Source: Botryllus schlosseri (lineage: Eukaryota). Taken from it: a DNA stretch of 64,000 bases. Numbering within the stretch: the stretch's first letter is position 1; every line of letters begins with the position of its first letter. A program made the translations under genes and the position numbers. The notes under the pieces are model-generated. The model made no database searches, was not told where the DNA came from, and saw only the letters and a list, made by a program, of their open reading frames with translations. The DNA is taken from positions 124,001 to 188,000 of the forward strand of contig JBPPKV010000017.1 in assembly GCA_051294905.1 (NCBI GenBank), read 5' to 3'. Below, piece after piece: positions 60,527-64,000 of the stretch.

Positions 60527-61957
60527 ATTCACTGGTTCACCCAAAGTCACTCAACTATGACAAGTCGTCCGAACGTATTTTCATGGAGCGAGAAATGTTG
60601 CACAACTTGATGTTTTGTAGTTGAGTGACTTTGGGTTCACCGACCCGAACGATTTGATGACTTTGTTTACGTCACGTGATTCGATTACGTCAAGAACAAA
60701 AATATCACATGATGGCTGAATCGATCTAGAAGAGGATCATCATTGGTTTGCTATATCTCTCGAGATGCCGCGATGCGGGTAAACATTCTTTGGATTACCT
60801 GGGTTTTTAGAATATGCATCAACATTCAACATAGTATAATATGCGGTAGCAAAGTATCGGGTGTCAATTAGAAACGGAGTGGCTTGTTTCGTTCGTGGTT
60901 CGTTCAGTTGAGCTCTTCAATTTCTTTTCAATTTCACTTAATATTGATTGCGACACAGTGCAAAGCTAGAAAGGTCTCCATTGGACTTGGAGTAGTCCTT
61001 AAAATCAGCGTGTACTCTGGTATACACTACAAAACATAACTTGCAGTTTAGGTCTTGATGTCATATTCATACTTGGTCTCAAGTCATATTCAGTCTTACT
61101 GATCTGATGAAGTGAGGTCTTAAAATTGAGACTGATTTAGCTTTTTAAGACCGTATTGATTGAATTGTCACAAATCATAATTATTTGGTCTTGAGATTAG
61201 ACCAATAAGCCAATGTATAAAAACGCATCTTTTAAGACATATTGATCTTATTGAGACAATTTTTGATGCATCAGTTTTTTTGTCTCGTTTCCAAGACTAA
61301 TTTTGCTAATAAAAAACGGTCTGTGGTCTTGAAAACCTAGCATTTTGAAGCAATTTTTTGATGCATTTGATTTGTGATGTCTTGTTTTATTATGAATTTT
61401 GCTAATCAAGGAACTGCTGCAATGGTCTGTGGTCTTATGGTGTCAATACAACTTATAATCGTCTTTGAAATCAAAATAAGATGTCCACCCTCTTCATTTG
61501 TTGAGTGAAGATAAGTGGAGCTGTCATCAGCCATATTTGAAAAATTAGTGTTTAGGGTAGTTAGGTCTATAATGAATATAATCAAAGAATTTTCAACCGT
61601 AGACCGTAAATAGGCCTATTTTTTCAAATCCAAAATTGTCTACTGCACTATAATGTGCAGCATTTCTTTTATAGCTTAAAGGCAGCCCAACTATTTCATC
61701 AAGGAGCCAGTAAAATTTGAAATGAATGTTATTTTTGAAGTAGGCTACAAGTACAAGTCGAGTCGATATACAAATTGACTCGAGTCGAGTCATTTTTAAG
61801 CAAATAAGTCAAGTCGAGTGAACGGAAAATAGCGACTCGAGTCATGACGTTGAACAACATATTGAATTGTGCAGCAAATCTTTTTGAATGTTATTATACA
61901 CTTACTGAAACAATTCCATTCTTAAGCACAGCCTACGTATCATAGCTAAAATAGCAG

Positions 61958-63959
61958 ATGTCTAGTTTTTTCGGTAGCCTGGTGAACAGTCTTAATTCAA
62001 ACCAAAGTAAAAGTTACGACGACGACATGGCGAGGTGTTACAACCTTTATGTGCATCACAATGAGGCCATGGATATTGATGACGATGTCATGGAACCGAC
62101 GGCGTTTCAAATTCCGACACACATGCAATGGGGGGACATACTCGGATTGGTAAGTTGGCGCTGAATAGTGGCAGTGACTCCAAATATTATATAGTCCTAT
62201 AGAAGATTGCAATATAGTTTCATAGATCAGTATCGAGACTTTATAGTTCCATTGGTGTCAATCTTGAAACACAAAAGAAATTAGAGGCTGACTCAAACCG
62301 TCCGATAACCTCAATTGTCCCACCTATTTATTATACTAAAAATTACATGTACACTATACCTATATCTCCCATTTGATAGTTTATGTATCTATATCTAAAT
62401 AGTAAAAAGTTCAATCATATTGTCGCAGTGGAATCAAAGTGGCTCATGTTTATTTGACACATTTTGATCAAATTAATTTTACGTGATGTTTTCATCTTCT
62501 ATCAGCTATATATTTGCCCCGACTAACTTTGAAAAACCAAGACAGACATAAATACGGCCAAGTTATGACCGAAAAAACATTAAAAATTTTCAAAAAGTTG
62601 ATTTTTTTCAAGTTTTAAAAATGGACCTTTAAAATTTGAAAACTGGACATAAGCTACTTTGATTCCACTGCGGCGACATGCAGACAGTTGAACAACAAAA
62701 TATTGGTCGGCATTTCCAAATTGTTCTAGAATTGAAATTGTAGCCACACTTATTTTTCCAAATTAAATTAAAATTAGAATTACTGAATTCGCAAAAACTT
62801 TCCAATTTAATTTAATCCTGAACTAGAAAGAAATGGTGATAAATATTTGTAGCGCTTGATGAGGGGGCGTCGAGTCGAAAAAGGTTGGGAACCACTGTTT
62901 CGTATGCCGTGATACAAGCAATTGAGGTTTCAAGGCTTCCACAACGGACAATAGGCCTAGTATCGAAAGCATACTTCTCGTTGATAAATCAGCTCTTAGT
63001 TGCTAGGAGCGTATCATTTTAGTACTCGAATAAGTTATCTTTCGTTACTCGGCATTGATCATAACAATTAGTAGTGGAATCAGAGGCTTTTACCCCACTG
63101 GCAGTTTTCAGGCCTTTCATTTTCTGCCACCACAACGTACAGTTTTGACATGTCTTGAAAACCTTCGTTACTGAACATCTCTGGAAACTACAACAGGAAT
63201 ATTCTACTCTGTAAATACTTTGTTGTAAGATTTCCTCTGTGAAGTTCTGTTATTTTAAATTGTGACAGATCAAAGCCCTTTGTCGGAGAGGCCTTTGATT
63301 GTAGCCGCGCCGTCCGATACCGAGGAGGAGCCGAAGACTTTAGAGAACGAAGTCGATCAGACGCAGGAAGAAGTCGAGGTCAGCCGTTAACCCGTTTGTA
63401 GCTTTTCGCGGTCGTAAAGACGCATTTAGATTTGTCGGAAGGGTCGCATACTGTTAACAGTTGATTGGAATTGTGTGAATCATCTTGGCGACTAACACAA
63501 ATAGATGCAATGTTCAGAAATGTATTGTTCACCACGATATGGGTGCTATTTTGTCCGGTCGTTTTGACAATTTCATTCACACATGTGATGGAATCATCCC
63601 GAAACTGCCTTCCATTTACCAAAATCCAAAGTGTCAAAGTTGAATGGTTTCAGCTAAAAATGTGTTTTAATTGAAGTAGAAATAATCATCTAACATAAAC
63701 GCTTGAGTAGTGCAAGTAAGTAATACGTACTCGAGTATAGAACTACTGCATTACTGACCACTTGATACTTTACCCAAGTAGAAGTAGTTCCATGAATGAA
63801 GTAATGAACCGACGTGGATAGAATATGTTTGCCCTGTAGACGCATGCAATTATGACGGTAACAATGCGTGCGTTTTATTGACAGAACGATATTGAGAACT
63901 TCACGGAGCCGCACACGCATTCTTTCAGTTCCGACGAGGAAAGCGACGCCGAAGATGAG
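61958..63959 (+). pseudogene. NBR1: Second copy of the internally deleted NBR1 (exons 61958-62149, 63269-63378, 63885-63959; continues beyond the window)
   Basis: Identical to the corresponding copy-1 exons at offset 20519. Confidence 0.8.
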
Positions 63960-64000
63960 GTTTGTATTATTCTATTGAAATTAAATTCAACGGTATGCTT

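Larger units (their letters stand above)
59004..64000 (+). repeat. Segmental duplication copy 2 (runs off the window)
   Basis: Matches 37901-43481 and lacks the 39161-39736 MITE. Confidence 0.97.

Overview
Repeat-rich genomic DNA from an invertebrate animal (short 55-65 nt introns, Nin-type tRNA-derived SINEs, many hAT/pogo MITEs). No prokaryotic features. (1) 0.5-15.1 kb: a multi-exon CENP-C/Mif2-like gene on the + strand. A 13-exon in-frame CDS can be assembled from 5606 to 15102 and ends in a clear CENP-C cupin domain. Its CENP-C motif aligns but has lost the aromatic YW pair, and the gene has two internal exon duplications plus an expanded Lys/Ser repeat. (2) 15-37 kb: decayed retroelements (Ty3/Gypsy, L1/Tx1, L2/CR1-like ends), SINEs, MITEs and two unexplained ORF remnants. 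(3) 37.9-64 kb: a 21.1 kb unit that starts at a hAT element and begins again at 59004 as a near-identical tandem copy. The unit holds three damaged genes: an internally deleted NBR1 that keeps LIR and UBA, the 5' half of POC5, and the 3' half of MTMR9 with a nonsense codon. Gene names come from my recall of the human proteins and need BLAST confirmation. Exon structures were assembled by hand from splice signals and phase, with no RNA evidence.
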